A DNA stretch of 64,000 nt from Escherichia phage Ec_YwIITB1: sequence record PQ356294.1. One strand, given 5' to 3'. The notes beneath the pieces were generated by a model. That model was not told the DNA's origin and ran no database searches. It saw only the letters and a program-made list of their open reading frames with translations. Positions 30,280 through 40,202 of this stretch are shown piece by piece. Within the stretch, counting starts at the first letter, position 1; each line of letters starts with the position of its first letter. Both the position numbers and the translations under genes were made by a program.

Positions 30280-30450
30280 ATGTCAATCCCCAAAAGTTTT
30301 AAAATGACTCGTTTCTGATTCATAACCGCTACGATTGAATGACCGTTGGGGTCTTTTTGACCTGATCCAATTATAAATCCTTTTTGTGCGGAAAGTTCAA
30401 TCAAAACATCAAGTTCACGTAATAATTGATATTTTAAATCATCGTTCATT
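30280..30450 (-). CDS. small hypothetical protein (absent from the ORF track)
   Basis: 56 aa ORF; ATG 30448-30450 with GAAGG RBS. Confidence 0.4.
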
Positions 30451-30673
30451 TTGGTTTACCTTCTTTAACGAAATCGGGATAAGGATAAAATCCTGAATAA
30501 AATCCTTCACCTTTATGATTGATACATCCTTTATTAGAACAATAGCACCAATAATCGAAATCACAAGCCATTTCATCATTACATAAAGCAAAAACAACTG
30601 GCCATTTACACTTTTCGCAGTGGGCATTTTTAAGAATACTAGTTTGGCTCATAACCATGTAACCTTTAAACAA
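30446..30673 (-). CDS. cysteine-rich small protein
   Basis: 75 aa with multiple Cys/His; preferred over the overlapping frame 30439..30627. Confidence 0.45.
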   Translation of the reverse strand: MFKGYMVMSQTSILKNAHCEKCKWPVVFALCNDEMACDFDYWCYCSNKGCINHKGEGFYSGFYPYPDFVKEGKPK

Positions 30674-30861
30674 TATTCTTCTACGTGCTGTTTACGACCT
30701 TTCTTATCAATAAAGGTATATTCAACGAATGTTCCAATATAGTCTTTATCTACACCATGCGGACTATTAATTGGACATTTAGTACGGCAAATGCGTTCCC
30801 ATTGACGAATAATTTCCACTTTGTTTTTAGGATCAAACGGATGCGGGTAATGTACTTTCAT
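30649..30861 (-). CDS. hypothetical protein
   Basis: 70 aa ORF. Confidence 0.5.
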   Translation of the reverse strand: MKVHYPHPFDPKNKVEIIRQWERICRTKCPINSPHGVDKDYIGTFVEYTFIDKKGRKQHVEEYCLKVTWL

Positions 30862-31312
30862 AATCCACCACTATTAAATCAATATCAGGAGTAAACATGT
30901 CGATTAATTTAGAAACCTTATCCCAATCGCCGCCTGCAATACCACAACCGATACGTGGAATGTAAATTACTGGTTTAAACAAAAGGGTTTCTGCCTGTAG
31001 ATTTAATTCTATCATGCAGTTTACTAAAGCACCATAATCAAGATTAGGACCCGGTTCGTATTGTGTATACAAATTATAGCACATACTAAATCCTGTAGGA
31101 TTATGTTTAAAAACAATAGACATATCACCTAATTTATCACGAGAACCGTACTCGGTAGTGGTTTTATCTATTTCTAAAATTTTGGGATAGGCTCTTGCTA
31201 ATTGACCTGCTACGCCAGAGCCCATTGTGTGGAAGCAATTACACCCGTGCGCAATAATATTACCTTGAAGAAATAGGGCGACAATATCGCCCTTGATATA
31301 TTTTACAATCAT
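30833..31312 (-). CDS. macro-domain-like protein
   Basis: Motifs GDIV, MGSGVAGQLARA and IPRIGCGIAGG resemble macrodomain signatures. Confidence 0.55.
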   Translation of the reverse strand: MIVKYIKGDIVALFLQGNIIAHGCNCFHTMGSGVAGQLARAYPKILEIDKTTTEYGSRDKLGDMSIVFKHNPTGFSMCYNLYTQYEPGPNLDYGALVNCMIELNLQAETLLFKPVIYIPRIGCGIAGGDWDKVSKLIDMFTPDIDLIVVDYESTLPASV

Positions 31313-31650
31313 CTAGTACTCAATCCTCGATTATAAGAATCTACTAAACGGTCAACCATTGAATGACAAGCGGCTTTATCTTTCTCCTCCGCAACTGAAC
31401 ATTCTAAGGTATTCCACTTTTTAGCATATCGTTTTAACAATGTATCATTTTTGTATCTGCTTGATTTATCTCTTTCTCCGTCTTTATATGCATATATTAA
31501 TTTCTGCGCAAATTCAGCTTGGCATGCTTTATTTTTCCCACAATAATCCGCGGCAGTACGGTTTACATACTCTCTAATTTCAGTATATGATGTATCTGCT
31601 AACGCAGAAAATGAAATTAATCCTATACATAAAACCAAAATTTTAGTCAT
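31309..31650 (-). CDS. secreted/periplasmic small protein
   Basis: N-terminal signal peptide MTKILVLCIGLISFSALA; four Cys. Confidence 0.55.
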   Translation of the reverse strand: MTKILVLCIGLISFSALADTSYTEIREYVNRTAADYCGKNKACQAEFAQKLIYAYKDGERDKSSRYKNDTLLKRYAKKWNTLECSVAEEKDKAACHSMVDRLVDSYNRGLSTR

Positions 31651-32188
31651 TTACTATTTCCAAAAGTTTATTGTTTTTAAGGTAATTAGCCTTTTCTAGG
31701 ACTTCAGAAGCATATTTAGAACCTGCTTTAACATTCCATCCCGAATTATAAGAGGATATCGCCTTTCTTATATCACCCTTATGTATATTTAACCAATAAG
31801 AAAGTTCAATGTACGCCCAGGAAGCTGAATTGGACCGTTTATTCAACATTCTTTTTATTTCAGCATCGGTCATATTATAACCAAGTTCCTTGACTCTCGC
31901 TCGCATAGTAGGCAAATAATTTTGGAACATTCCATAGGCATGATGCTTTGGTTTAGATTTTAAATTAACTCCGGCAGAGCTTTCTTGCCACAAAATAGCA
32001 GCCATTATATGACCTAATCCGCTCTTGTGGATATTTTTGTGTGTTTTATATTTTCCATCCTTAGAAAATTGTTCCCCGAATTGATACGCGTAGCGCATGT
32101 TATCGAGTTGGACATTACTGAAAGTATGCTCGGAGCTATGTGCCATCATTGAAATGGCCAATAGACCAGCGAGTAGTGCTTTTCTCAT
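31643..32188 (-). CDS. secreted lytic transglycosylase-like protein
   Basis: Signal peptide; SLT-like motifs WQESS, GMFQ, YNSG. Confidence 0.55.
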   Translation of the reverse strand: MRKALLAGLLAISMMAHSSEHTFSNVQLDNMRYAYQFGEQFSKDGKYKTHKNIHKSGLGHIMAAILWQESSAGVNLKSKPKHHAYGMFQNYLPTMRARVKELGYNMTDAEIKRMLNKRSNSASWAYIELSYWLNIHKGDIRKAISSYNSGWNVKAGSKYASEVLEKANYLKNNKLLEIVND

Positions 32189-32195
32189 GCTTACC

Positions 32196-32657
32196 TCATT
32201 GAGTTTTAATTACTGCTTTAGAAGCCTTTCCTGGTAAACGACGACTGTTAATAATTGCCATCCTACATTGAAGTGACGGGTCTTTGAACTTCGCATTAGG
32301 TTTACAAACTGTAAATCCAAGCCAAAGATTTCCATCTGTGATTTCTAAACGTCCAGGACGGTATTCAACCCCATCAATAAAATCCTCATCAATGTCAGGA
32401 CGTGGAGGCATACTCAGGAATTCATTAACTTCTAAAACATGGTCTTTTATTTTGTGGAATAATTCAAAAACATATGTCTCATCAATCTCCCGTTGAATTG
32501 CACGATCAAGAAGATGCTGAGAATATTTTAGATGAAACGATGAGACCCCTGCTGCTTTTGATGCCTCACGAATCTCATTGTTAATTTGACGAAACTCCGA
32601 CTCAAAGTGACGACGAAGCTTATTTCGACGGATAAAAACTTCTGTGTTGATAGTCAT
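32196..32657 (-). CDS. regB: RegB endoribonuclease
   Basis: 153 aa, T4 RegB. Confidence 0.85.
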   Translation of the reverse strand: MTINTEVFIRRNKLRRHFESEFRQINNEIREASKAAGVSSFHLKYSQHLLDRAIQREIDETYVFELFHKIKDHVLEVNEFLSMPPRPDIDEDFIDGVEYRPGRLEITDGNLWLGFTVCKPNAKFKDPSLQCRMAIINSRRLPGKASKAVIKTQ

Positions 32658-32684
32658 GTTATTCTCCTCTTAACTGATAGAAAA

Positions 32685-32714
32685 ATTATACCACAGTCAA
32701 GAGGAAAAGTAAAC
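32685..32714 (-). promoter_or_regulatory. early promoter upstream of regB
   Basis: Minus strand GTTTAC at 32709-32714, TATAAT at 32685-32690. Confidence 0.55.
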
Positions 32715-32716
32715 AG

Positions 32717-33037
32717 TTATTCTTTAAATCTAATCAATTTATTCATAGACTTTGAAACTTCTGCACGGACCTCATGTAGGTTTTTAAGCTGTTCAAGACG
32801 TTGCTCATAGTAAGCAATTTCATCTTCTTCAAGACAGTCCTGTGAATCTTCTTTAAGATAACGTGCATAGTCCTGGAAAGCTTTACGGACTACTTCCTGG
32901 AAATCATCAAGACTTTGAATTTTCTTAGGAGCAACAGATACACGACGAGGGGCAGTATAATACTCATAACCAAACCCTGCGCTTAATTGAGCCATTAATA
33001 TTTTTCCTCTGGTTGGAACACAGCACGACAAGCCCAC
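32717..33037 (-). CDS. hypothetical protein
   Basis: 106 aa ORF. Confidence 0.5.
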   Translation of the reverse strand: MGLSCCVPTRGKILMAQLSAGFGYEYYTAPRRVSVAPKKIQSLDDFQEVVRKAFQDYARYLKEDSQDCLEEDEIAYYEQRLEQLKNLHEVRAEVSKSMNKLIRFKE

Positions 33038-33261
33038 ATACTAGCTTCTTTGAGTTTCGTTTTAGCAATAGTTAACTGATCTAGGCTTTCAGCATAATTC
33101 TTTGCGAATTCGTAGTCTTCACAATTATCTAGTGCTTCCCAAAATTCGTCATATAAAGCATCAAAGATAAGTCCTAAACGAACTTCAGCGTCTTTGATAG
33201 CATTCACTTTATCGATTTTCTCTTCAGTGTGCGGCTTATAACCTTTAATGTCTTCAATCAT
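32995..33261 (-). CDS. hypothetical protein
   Basis: 88 aa ORF. Confidence 0.5.
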   Translation of the reverse strand: MIEDIKGYKPHTEEKIDKVNAIKDAEVRLGLIFDALYDEFWEALDNCEDYEFAKNYAESLDQLTIAKTKLKEASMWACRAVFQPEEKY

Positions 33262-33475
33262 ATTCTACTTCCTCGCCCGTTCCCAAATCATATTCAACTA
33301 AACGAATAGGTTCATGAATGCCATATCCCTGAACAGAAATTTCTGTCGTAGGATAAATTCCACTAATATCACCCATATTCCACGCTTCATTAAATTGCTG
33401 TTCGCCTGAATTACTAAACCATTCTGCGAAAGCATTTAACACATCTTCAGAACCTTCAATAATTATCTTTGCCAT
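33254..33475 (-). CDS. hypothetical acidic protein
   Basis: 73 aa ORF. Confidence 0.5.
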   Translation of the reverse strand: MAKIIIEGSEDVLNAFAEWFSNSGEQQFNEAWNMGDISGIYPTTEISVQGYGIHEPIRLVEYDLGTGEEVEYD

Positions 33476-33837
33476 TACAAGCTCTCAGTAAAGGTACGAG
33501 CGATAACATCGCGCTGCTGTTCCGGAGTCAGAGAGTTAAAGCGAACTGCATAACCGGATACACGGATGGTCAGCTGCGGATATTTTTCCGGATGCTTAAC
33601 TGCATCTTCCAGCGTTTCACGACGCAGAACGTTAACGTTCAAGTGCTGACCACCTTCAATTTTAACTGTAGGCTGTGATTCAATTTCAATTTCACGGGCG
33701 TGCAAACCGTAGAAAATTTCTGGGTCTACAAAAGAGTCCTCTTTAAAGGTTTTAGAAACAATAATTCGTGCTTGAATACCATCTTCAAAATAAATAGTAC
33801 CTTTATGTGTGCCTTCAAGAATTTGATATGCTTTCAT
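33475..33837 (-). CDS. autonomous glycyl radical cofactor (GrcA/YfiD-like)
   Basis: C-terminal RVSGYAVRF glycyl-radical signature, as in pyruvate formate-lyase C-terminus. Confidence 0.8.
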   Translation of the reverse strand: MKAYQILEGTHKGTIYFEDGIQARIIVSKTFKEDSFVDPEIFYGLHAREIEIESQPTVKIEGGQHLNVNVLRRETLEDAVKHPEKYPQLTIRVSGYAVRFNSLTPEQQRDVIARTFTESL

Positions 33838-33843
33838 ATAACC

Positions 33844-34224
33844 TCAATTAGAAAATAAATTTATCCAAGATTGTTCTTTAATTAAAAATGGCTCAGAATC
33901 ATATGCCATTAAACTTTGGGTGATTAGTCCTTTAAAAGGCCCATCAATAAATTCCATGGTAAAATATGGAATTTTATTCATTAGTCGTGCATTAGGAGCA
34001 GTGCACAAAACTCTGCATCCTTTGAATACGCCTTTTTGTAATTTGTATTGCTTAGGATAAAATTCGCTCAAGACGTTGTTATTTGCCAAAATTTCAAAAT
34101 GATTCACCAATTTATTTTTAATAGTTTTTGGCGAAAAATAAAGATATTCGAAAAGCTGTGTGTCTGTCATCATTGCATTCCGATTACGAAAAACTGCGGA
34201 CGAGTAATACCACCAATGCAACAT
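33844..34224 (-). CDS. hypothetical protein
   Basis: 126 aa ORF; start likely an internal Met. Confidence 0.5.
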   Translation of the reverse strand: MLHWWYYSSAVFRNRNAMMTDTQLFEYLYFSPKTIKNKLVNHFEILANNNVLSEFYPKQYKLQKGVFKGCRVLCTAPNARLMNKIPYFTMEFIDGPFKGLITQSLMAYDSEPFLIKEQSWINLFSN

Positions 34225-34757
34225 TTAATATTACAGCAGTGTTGCACAGTTTCAATATGAATATCGTAAATTTTATCCATATCAGGAGATTTAACAGGCT
34301 CATCGATTATATACAAAATTCGCGAAAGAGATAAACCTCTGAACTTGCTTCCTTTATTACCGATAAAACTACGGACAGAATCAGTAAATAAGCGGAATCG
34401 AATATCATCGCTAGAATAACGAGAAAATTCTTTTTTAATGTGGTCCGCAGAAATTTTAGCGTAAGATGAAGTATTAGAAAGAACAATAACTGTTCCACCG
34501 TCATACAACCAATTAGCAGCAAAGTTAGTCACAGCAATTGATTTACCGGATTGACGTCCACCATCTAGTCGAAGTGTGCAGTATTCTTTAAATAAATGTG
34601 GCGGATCAGGTACATAAAATCTATTACAAATTTCTTCTACTCTAGCATCAGAATGGTGTGTAAAAGCATTCATCAGGGATAGATAAGGACCAGTTAAAAA
34701 TGTTCTCATTTTGTTATCTCTAAATTTGGGCCATTCCATGGCGCATGAATTTTCCAT
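34170..34757 (-). CDS. P-loop NTPase-like protein
   Basis: Walker A GGRQSGKS; Walker B-like LYIIDEP. Confidence 0.55.
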   Translation of the reverse strand: MENSCAMEWPKFRDNKMRTFLTGPYLSLMNAFTHHSDARVEEICNRFYVPDPPHLFKEYCTLRLDGGRQSGKSIAVTNFAANWLYDGGTVIVLSNTSSYAKISADHIKKEFSRYSSDDIRFRLFTDSVRSFIGNKGSKFRGLSLSRILYIIDEPVKSPDMDKIYDIHIETVQHCCNIKCCIGGITRPQFFVIGMQ

Positions 34758-34862
34758 TTCTGTATTTACCCATTACCGCGCTCAGGCTCGACCTTATTAC
34801 AGGTTGGCGGGAATCCCTCATAGAATCATGAGGTCCAGCTTGTTCCCATATTTCTTATTTGC

Positions 34863-35336
34863 TTATTTGAATGATTTGACGTACTGAATAGAGCCTTTGC
34901 TATTCACGAAAGCGATTTTACCATTTTTGTTATACATGGTAGCAGTACGCTGATAACCATAAGTTTGTTTACCAGATTGATAACCAACTAATGCGAAATT
35001 ATCTTCACCCATTTTATTCTGCTTAGCGCGGATACGTTCATGACCGTGTGCCATAAGAACCTTAGCGTCGCCAGTTGCAATGGATCTACGAGTTTTTTCA
35101 TCTTCAACTGTATTAACAAAATCGTCAAATGAATCAAATTTAGCATGAGATTTATTATACAGTTTTCCATCTACTGCATAATTATATCCCTGTACATCCA
35201 TCTCAACTTCTGTACCATCATCCAATACAGCAGTGATTTTTTGACCTTTTTTAAATTTCAAAAGATCAGTAAAAGATTCAGCGATAATTTGAGAATTAAT
35301 AGCTGCTTCAGTGATAAATTCTTGATATGTTTTCAT
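34863..35336 (-). CDS. internal-protein-like capsid-targeted protein
   Basis: N-terminus MKTYQEFITE-AA matches the T4 capsid targeting sequence. Confidence 0.6.
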   Translation of the reverse strand: MKTYQEFITEAAINSQIIAESFTDLLKFKKGQKITAVLDDGTEVEMDVQGYNYAVDGKLYNKSHAKFDSFDDFVNTVEDEKTRRSIATGDAKVLMAHGHERIRAKQNKMGEDNFALVGYQSGKQTYGYQRTATMYNKNGKIAFVNSKGSIQYVKSFK

Positions 35337-35345
35337 GTGTTTCCT

Positions 35346-35762
35346 TTAAATGTAAATAGTTTTACCGTAGTATTTATACCAGTATGGCTTCATTAAAATT
35401 TTTTCATAGAGTCGTTGTTGACTCAATTTAATAGCTGATTTGCATGGATTATAATCATTTTTCCATTCTGCTGGAATATCGCTGATGTCAGGAACTTCAG
35501 TATCTTTTATACTAAACCCACGTTTTAAGCATTCCATTATAATGTCTGATTGACGCTTTCGCAAAAATTCTAACTTATCGTAAAAGAACGTGACATGACC
35601 AGAACCTAAAATAAACTCGGAAGATATTTTAAAATCTTTAACCCGTTTACCATTTGCCACGTGTTTACGAACTATACCAAAAACACGTGGCAATTCACGG
35701 TATTCCGCAATTAAATGTTGGTCAGCAAGTTCAGATACTAAAGTCAAATTAATACGAGTCAT
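35346..35762 (-). CDS. denV: endonuclease V (pyrimidine dimer glycosylase)
   Basis: 138 aa, T4 DenV. Confidence 0.9.
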   Translation of the reverse strand: MTRINLTLVSELADQHLIAEYRELPRVFGIVRKHVANGKRVKDFKISSEFILGSGHVTFFYDKLEFLRKRQSDIIMECLKRGFSIKDTEVPDISDIPAEWKNDYNPCKSAIKLSQQRLYEKILMKPYWYKYYGKTIYI

Positions 35763-35821
35763 TTTATCTCTCCAAGTAACTGTGAATATACTATCGCAGT
35801 TTTAGGAGAAAATAAATAACT

Positions 35822-36352
<531 letters not shown>

Positions 36353-36808
36353 TTAAAAGAGGCTGTTCATTATTCGGTAAAGTGAAGGGCCCATCACATA
36401 TTGCCACTGAGTACGAGGAATAAGAGCAAAAGCATCCATCTCTGGAATCATAACGCCATCTTTATTTTCAAAATAAGACTCACAACAGCAATTTCTAAAC
36501 ATCTCATGCTCTACTGGAATCGTATAGTAAAATAACTGTAAGTCTTTATTACTAGAATATTTAAATACACCTAAGTCTTCTAGAAGGTCTGGATTATAAT
36601 TGCTAAAGCCAGTCTCTTCTAAGCATTCTCTTCGTGCTGCATCTAGCGCGCTTAAATCAGAATTTTCTACACGCCCCTTTGGAATATCCCAGCGATGTGC
36701 CATCATTCCATGCTTACGAGAACCAGTAACTCGTCCCATAAATAAATCTTTATCTTCTGTCATAAAGATAATACCAGCTGATAGTGTTTTCATTTTAATT
36801 TCCTGCAT
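36353..36808 (-). CDS. nudE: Nudix hydrolase
   Basis: Nudix box GRVENSDLSALDAARRECLEETG; start may be the second ATG at 36791-36793, which overlaps the upstream stop. Confidence 0.8.
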   Translation of the reverse strand: MQEIKMKTLSAGIIFMTEDKDLFMGRVTGSRKHGMMAHRWDIPKGRVENSDLSALDAARRECLEETGFSNYNPDLLEDLGVFKYSSNKDLQLFYYTIPVEHEMFRNCCCESYFENKDGVMIPEMDAFALIPRTQWQYVMGPSLYRIMNSLF

Positions 36809-37278
36809 TCAGTGATAAAATTATTTAAATTTTGAGCATATTTCTTTTCATCAAAAATCTTTTGTTGCCTGCGCATCCGCCATGGCATTTCAATGAACAT
36901 GTACCATATTCCTGATAATATTGATGCTGTAAAAATATTAACAAGTATGATTAAAAGAATCCAATCTTCCGTTCTGCCTACTGGACTTTCTATAAAAAAG
37001 CAAAATACAAATGATGACACAGGAAAACTAATGATATACCACAGAATCATAATCTTATCTGTGAACCATTCAGCATTCGTTAACTTAGCACGGCCATTAT
37101 GAATACACACGAATTTATCATCTGTTACAGTAGATGGCTTAACTGCTTGATATCCCATTCTAAACTCCCTAATTAATCGTTTCTTTGTATCTTCAGAACA
37201 GCCGCTCCAGTCAACTCTATCAACTGAAATGCCATCGTCCCCATCATCTAAATCATACCAGTGAGTTTTTAAAATCAT
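36790..37278 (-). CDS. membrane protein (tail ...ECRKLK)
   Basis: 162 aa; two TM helices; translationally coupled. Confidence 0.6.
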   Translation of the reverse strand: MILKTHWYDLDDGDDGISVDRVDWSGCSEDTKKRLIREFRMGYQAVKPSTVTDDKFVCIHNGRAKLTNAEWFTDKIMILWYIISFPVSSFVFCFFIESPVGRTEDWILLIILVNIFTASILSGIWYMFIEMPWRMRRQQKIFDEKKYAQNLNNFITECRKLK

Positions 37279-37592
37279 TTAATTTTCCTACAATCACTCA
37301 CAAACTCTTCCATTGATTCTTTTTCAATATAAGACATATAGCTATTATATTCCTTTAATTGTATTTTGTAATCCTTTTTTCTTTGCCAATTTATTTTAAA
37401 ATTATCATAATGAAAATATAACATGGTACCAAAGAATGAAAATAATGAAATCGCTATAGTATAATGAAGTTCACTCCAAACTTCTATTATATCTACTATA
37501 CCGCTGACGTTACTGCGGATGTTTAAAATAAAACAGTCAATTAACAATCCAATAAAAACTACCCGCAAGAGCTGCAGCCAATGCCACAGCAA
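37275..37592 (-). CDS. membrane protein (tail ...DCRKIK)
   Basis: 105 aa; two N-terminal TM helices; stop overlaps the next ATG. Confidence 0.6.
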   Translation of the reverse strand: MLWHWLQLLRVVFIGLLIDCFILNIRSNVSGIVDIIEVWSELHYTIAISLFSFFGTMLYFHYDNFKINWQRKKDYKIQLKEYNSYMSYIEKESMEEFVSDCRKIK

Positions 37593-37631
37593 AAATTGAA
37601 AATGACTCAGAAAAAGAATATTTGACTTTAT

Positions 37632-38045
37632 TTAGTTTTGGCTTTTGCATCGTGATTCCTTAACAAATTTCATAATTTCATCAAATTCATACATATCTAG
37701 CTTAAGCTGGTGTTCCTTTTTAATCTTTTTACACTGAGCTTTCCAATCACGTACGCGTTTACGATAATGTCTTCCTTGATACCAGTATCCTACCCAATTT
37801 ACAGGTACTAATAAAAGCGGAACTACCAATGGAAGAATTAGTGTTGCTCCAAATATTACACCAGATTCAATATCAGTCATAACGTCTATAACCATTCCAG
37901 CAATCACCAAAATCACAAATGATACAGCTACCACAGGACCTATTAACACATCAGTAGAAATTAGCTGACGCTTTGGTTCATACTTCACGGGTTTACTTGG
38001 AAGGTATAGTGATGGCTTTGACATATTCTCTACATTCCTTAACAA
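37632..38045 (-). CDS. membrane protein
   Basis: 137 aa; TM hairpin; basic C-terminal helix. Confidence 0.6.
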   Translation of the reverse strand: MLRNVENMSKPSLYLPSKPVKYEPKRQLISTDVLIGPVVAVSFVILVIAGMVIDVMTDIESGVIFGATLILPLVVPLLLVPVNWVGYWYQGRHYRKRVRDWKAQCKKIKKEHQLKLDMYEFDEIMKFVKESRCKSQN

Positions 38046-38601
38046 ATTTTTCTAATAATAAATCGCTTTCAAAATTGGGATTTTCTACGAATTTATCAAA
38101 AAGATCATCAACAATAGTTAAGATATTCTTTTTACTAAGAATACGCTTATTTTCATATTTTGTTTCAGAGTCAACTATAAGAGTAAAGAAATATTTCTTT
38201 CCCTGAAATTTTACCGTAGTATCAATATAAAATAAATTTGATTTTTGTAAATTACGTTTAAACCATGCATCACTTAAACTATAAACGCCAAGATAATCAT
38301 AATCGTCGTTTAAATAACAAACCGTCCATTCAGGAGAAATGAAATCAGTAAATTCAACATCAAAATCACATGTCAATGAATGAATTGATTCAATACTGTT
38401 AATGAGTATTCCAGGACGTATTAAAGACTTTTTACCTCTATAAAATCTTCCAGAAAGACTTTCATCAGTTTCATATGAAGACCCCCTATAGTAATTACGT
38501 CCTTCTGCCATACGTTTAAGAGCATTTAGTAATTGGTCTGGAACATCAACCTGTCTTTGGAACTCTTCAAACATTGAATTGAAATCACTTTGCATTTTCA
38601 T
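37993..38601 (-). CDS. hypothetical protein
   Basis: 202 aa ORF. Confidence 0.6.
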   Translation of the reverse strand: MKMQSDFNSMFEEFQRQVDVPDQLLNALKRMAEGRNYYRGSSYETDESLSGRFYRGKKSLIRPGILINSIESIHSLTCDFDVEFTDFISPEWTVCYLNDDYDYLGVYSLSDAWFKRNLQKSNLFYIDTTVKFQGKKYFFTLIVDSETKYENKRILSKKNILTIVDDLFDKFVENPNFESDLLLEKFVKECREYVKAITIPSK

Positions 38602-38619
38602 TCCTATTTACTCCAAGTA

Positions 38620-38639
38620 TAAGGGGCCGAAGCCCCTTA
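38620..38639 (-). other. UUCG-tetraloop hairpin
   Basis: taaggggc-cgaa-gcccctta in the intergenic region. Confidence 0.45.
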
Positions 38640-38642
38640 TCA

Positions 38643-39236
38643 TTATTTCAGAGAATTAATGTATTCCTGAACATCGGCAGAGGTAGTTTCAACCCCGGAA
38701 ATATTACCATTAAAGGTTTCAACTCGAGCAAGAGTATCTTCAATATCAACCTTAGTCAGCGCTGCAATTTCAACTACATCATCGGCAGTACTAATTCCAA
38801 GGGCATTTGCCGCACGAGTTTCACGGATATATTCCAATTTAACTGCAAGCTCTTGACGAGCATCATCTAACTCAACTACTTTCTTGGCGATTTCAATTCG
38901 CATTTCAGCATAACCGTCAGCTTTAGTAGTCAACTGCTCAGCTGTTCGACGATATAGCAAGCCGAGTTTAGCGTGCATTGTTACATCTTGACCTTCGGAA
39001 AGAAGTTTACGAATTTCACGCTCTTTTGATTCAGCCTGTCGATTCTTTTCGACAATAAGTTCACGAATACGTTTTTCTTCATTAATAGATTTAACAGAAG
39101 CAGTTTTTAGATCTTTAATTTTATCAAGCAGTTTTGCCGCCGCAGCAGTATACTGTTCTTCAACAGATAGATTTTTAGCCATAGCAGAACCAAGTTTAGT
39201 GCGAATAAACTCAACAATTTTCTTTAGTGTGTTCAT
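38643..39236 (-). CDS. coiled-coil protein (weak PspA/IM30-like resemblance)
   Basis: 197 aa, heptad-rich charged helices; family assignment speculative. Confidence 0.55.
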   Translation of the reverse strand: MNTLKKIVEFIRTKLGSAMAKNLSVEEQYTAAAAKLLDKIKDLKTASVKSINEEKRIRELIVEKNRQAESKEREIRKLLSEGQDVTMHAKLGLLYRRTAEQLTTKADGYAEMRIEIAKKVVELDDARQELAVKLEYIRETRAANALGISTADDVVEIAALTKVDIEDTLARVETFNGNISGVETTSADVQEYINSLK

Positions 39237-39278
39237 AGTATTTCCTTAGGTTGATTAAAAATAAAATCTGTGGAAGAA

Positions 39279-39824
39279 TTATATCATACTATTTAAGAGA
39301 TGTAAACTATTTTTAATTTTACAAATTCGTTCAGCTTCTTCAACGGCGGCGGCGATAATGCTTTTAGCTATAGGAGTACTAATACTAGTAGCTTTTACAC
39401 TTAACACGATTTCTTTATCTTTACTAGGCCAACCCCATGATTTTTCACCATGAGTGCCTTTAATTACAGCAGACACCTCAAGTGAGCATCCACTGTCACA
39501 TGTTTTTACATTAACAACCCAAGGGTCACTTTTCTCAACCGATTTCTCAGCCGGTTTATCCCAGTAAATATTAAGAATACGTGGGACATCAAATTTAGCA
39601 GGGCAAATCTTAACTGTAAGACCTTCGCTTTCTAGCCAATTAATAAGAGGGCGTTCATACATGCGGCGATGTGGGCTTTGGACTCGACAAGCCTTGTGCC
39701 CATTGCTTGCGGCTTCACTAAGCTGTTCTAATACCTGTTTTTGCATTATTGATAAGATATCATCAAAAGATTTTTCGGAAGTTTCATTCAGTTCGGTATA
39801 AAGAGACATAGCGGTTTTCCTCAA
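39279..39824 (-). CDS. hypothetical protein
   Basis: 181 aa ORF. Confidence 0.6.
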   Translation of the reverse strand: MRKTAMSLYTELNETSEKSFDDILSIMQKQVLEQLSEAASNGHKACRVQSPHRRMYERPLINWLESEGLTVKICPAKFDVPRILNIYWDKPAEKSVEKSDPWVVNVKTCDSGCSLEVSAVIKGTHGEKSWGWPSKDKEIVLSVKATSISTPIAKSIIAAAVEEAERICKIKNSLHLLNSMI

Positions 39825-39865
39825 ATTGTAGGCTCATAATATCTCAATCATGAGCCTGTGTAAAC

Positions 39866-40129
39866 TTATTTCATATTATTGAAATATTCTTCTGCGATTT
39901 CGTCGTTATCGTGGTAAACTTTAGAAGACAGTTTAACATAACCTTCTGCTGTAAACATATTAATCACAACTTTTACAGTATACCACTGACCATCTTCATT
40001 ACCCATTACTGCGTAAGTTTCAAACATCGGATGATCAGGACCGATAACTTTAATATCATTCACTGTACGACCGAAATCTTCTGAAACGCATTTCATAAAG
40101 AAGTTGAACAGTTCGCCGTAATTATCCAT
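39866..40129 (-). CDS. hypothetical protein
   Basis: Start trimmed to ATG 40127-40129 with GGAGAA RBS. Confidence 0.55.
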   Translation of the reverse strand: MDNYGELFNFFMKCVSEDFGRTVNDIKVIGPDHPMFETYAVMGNEDGQWYTVKVVINMFTAEGYVKLSSKVYHDNDEIAEEYFNNMK

Positions 40130-40172
40130 TTCATTCTCCAAGTTGTTTTCTATATCAGTAGTTGATAGTTGT

Positions 40173-40202
40173 ATAGTACCATGGAAGAACAGAGATGTAA
40201 AC
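40173..40202 (-). promoter_or_regulatory. early-type promoter module (third copy of the conserved 20-mer)
   Basis: GTTTAC at 40197-40202; TACTAT at 40173-40178. Confidence 0.45.

Noticed and set aside
30439-30627. Hydrophobic 62 aa ORF
   Set aside because: Overlaps the Cys-rich ORF 30446..30673 in another frame on the same strand. I kept the Cys-rich frame, but this choice is uncertain.
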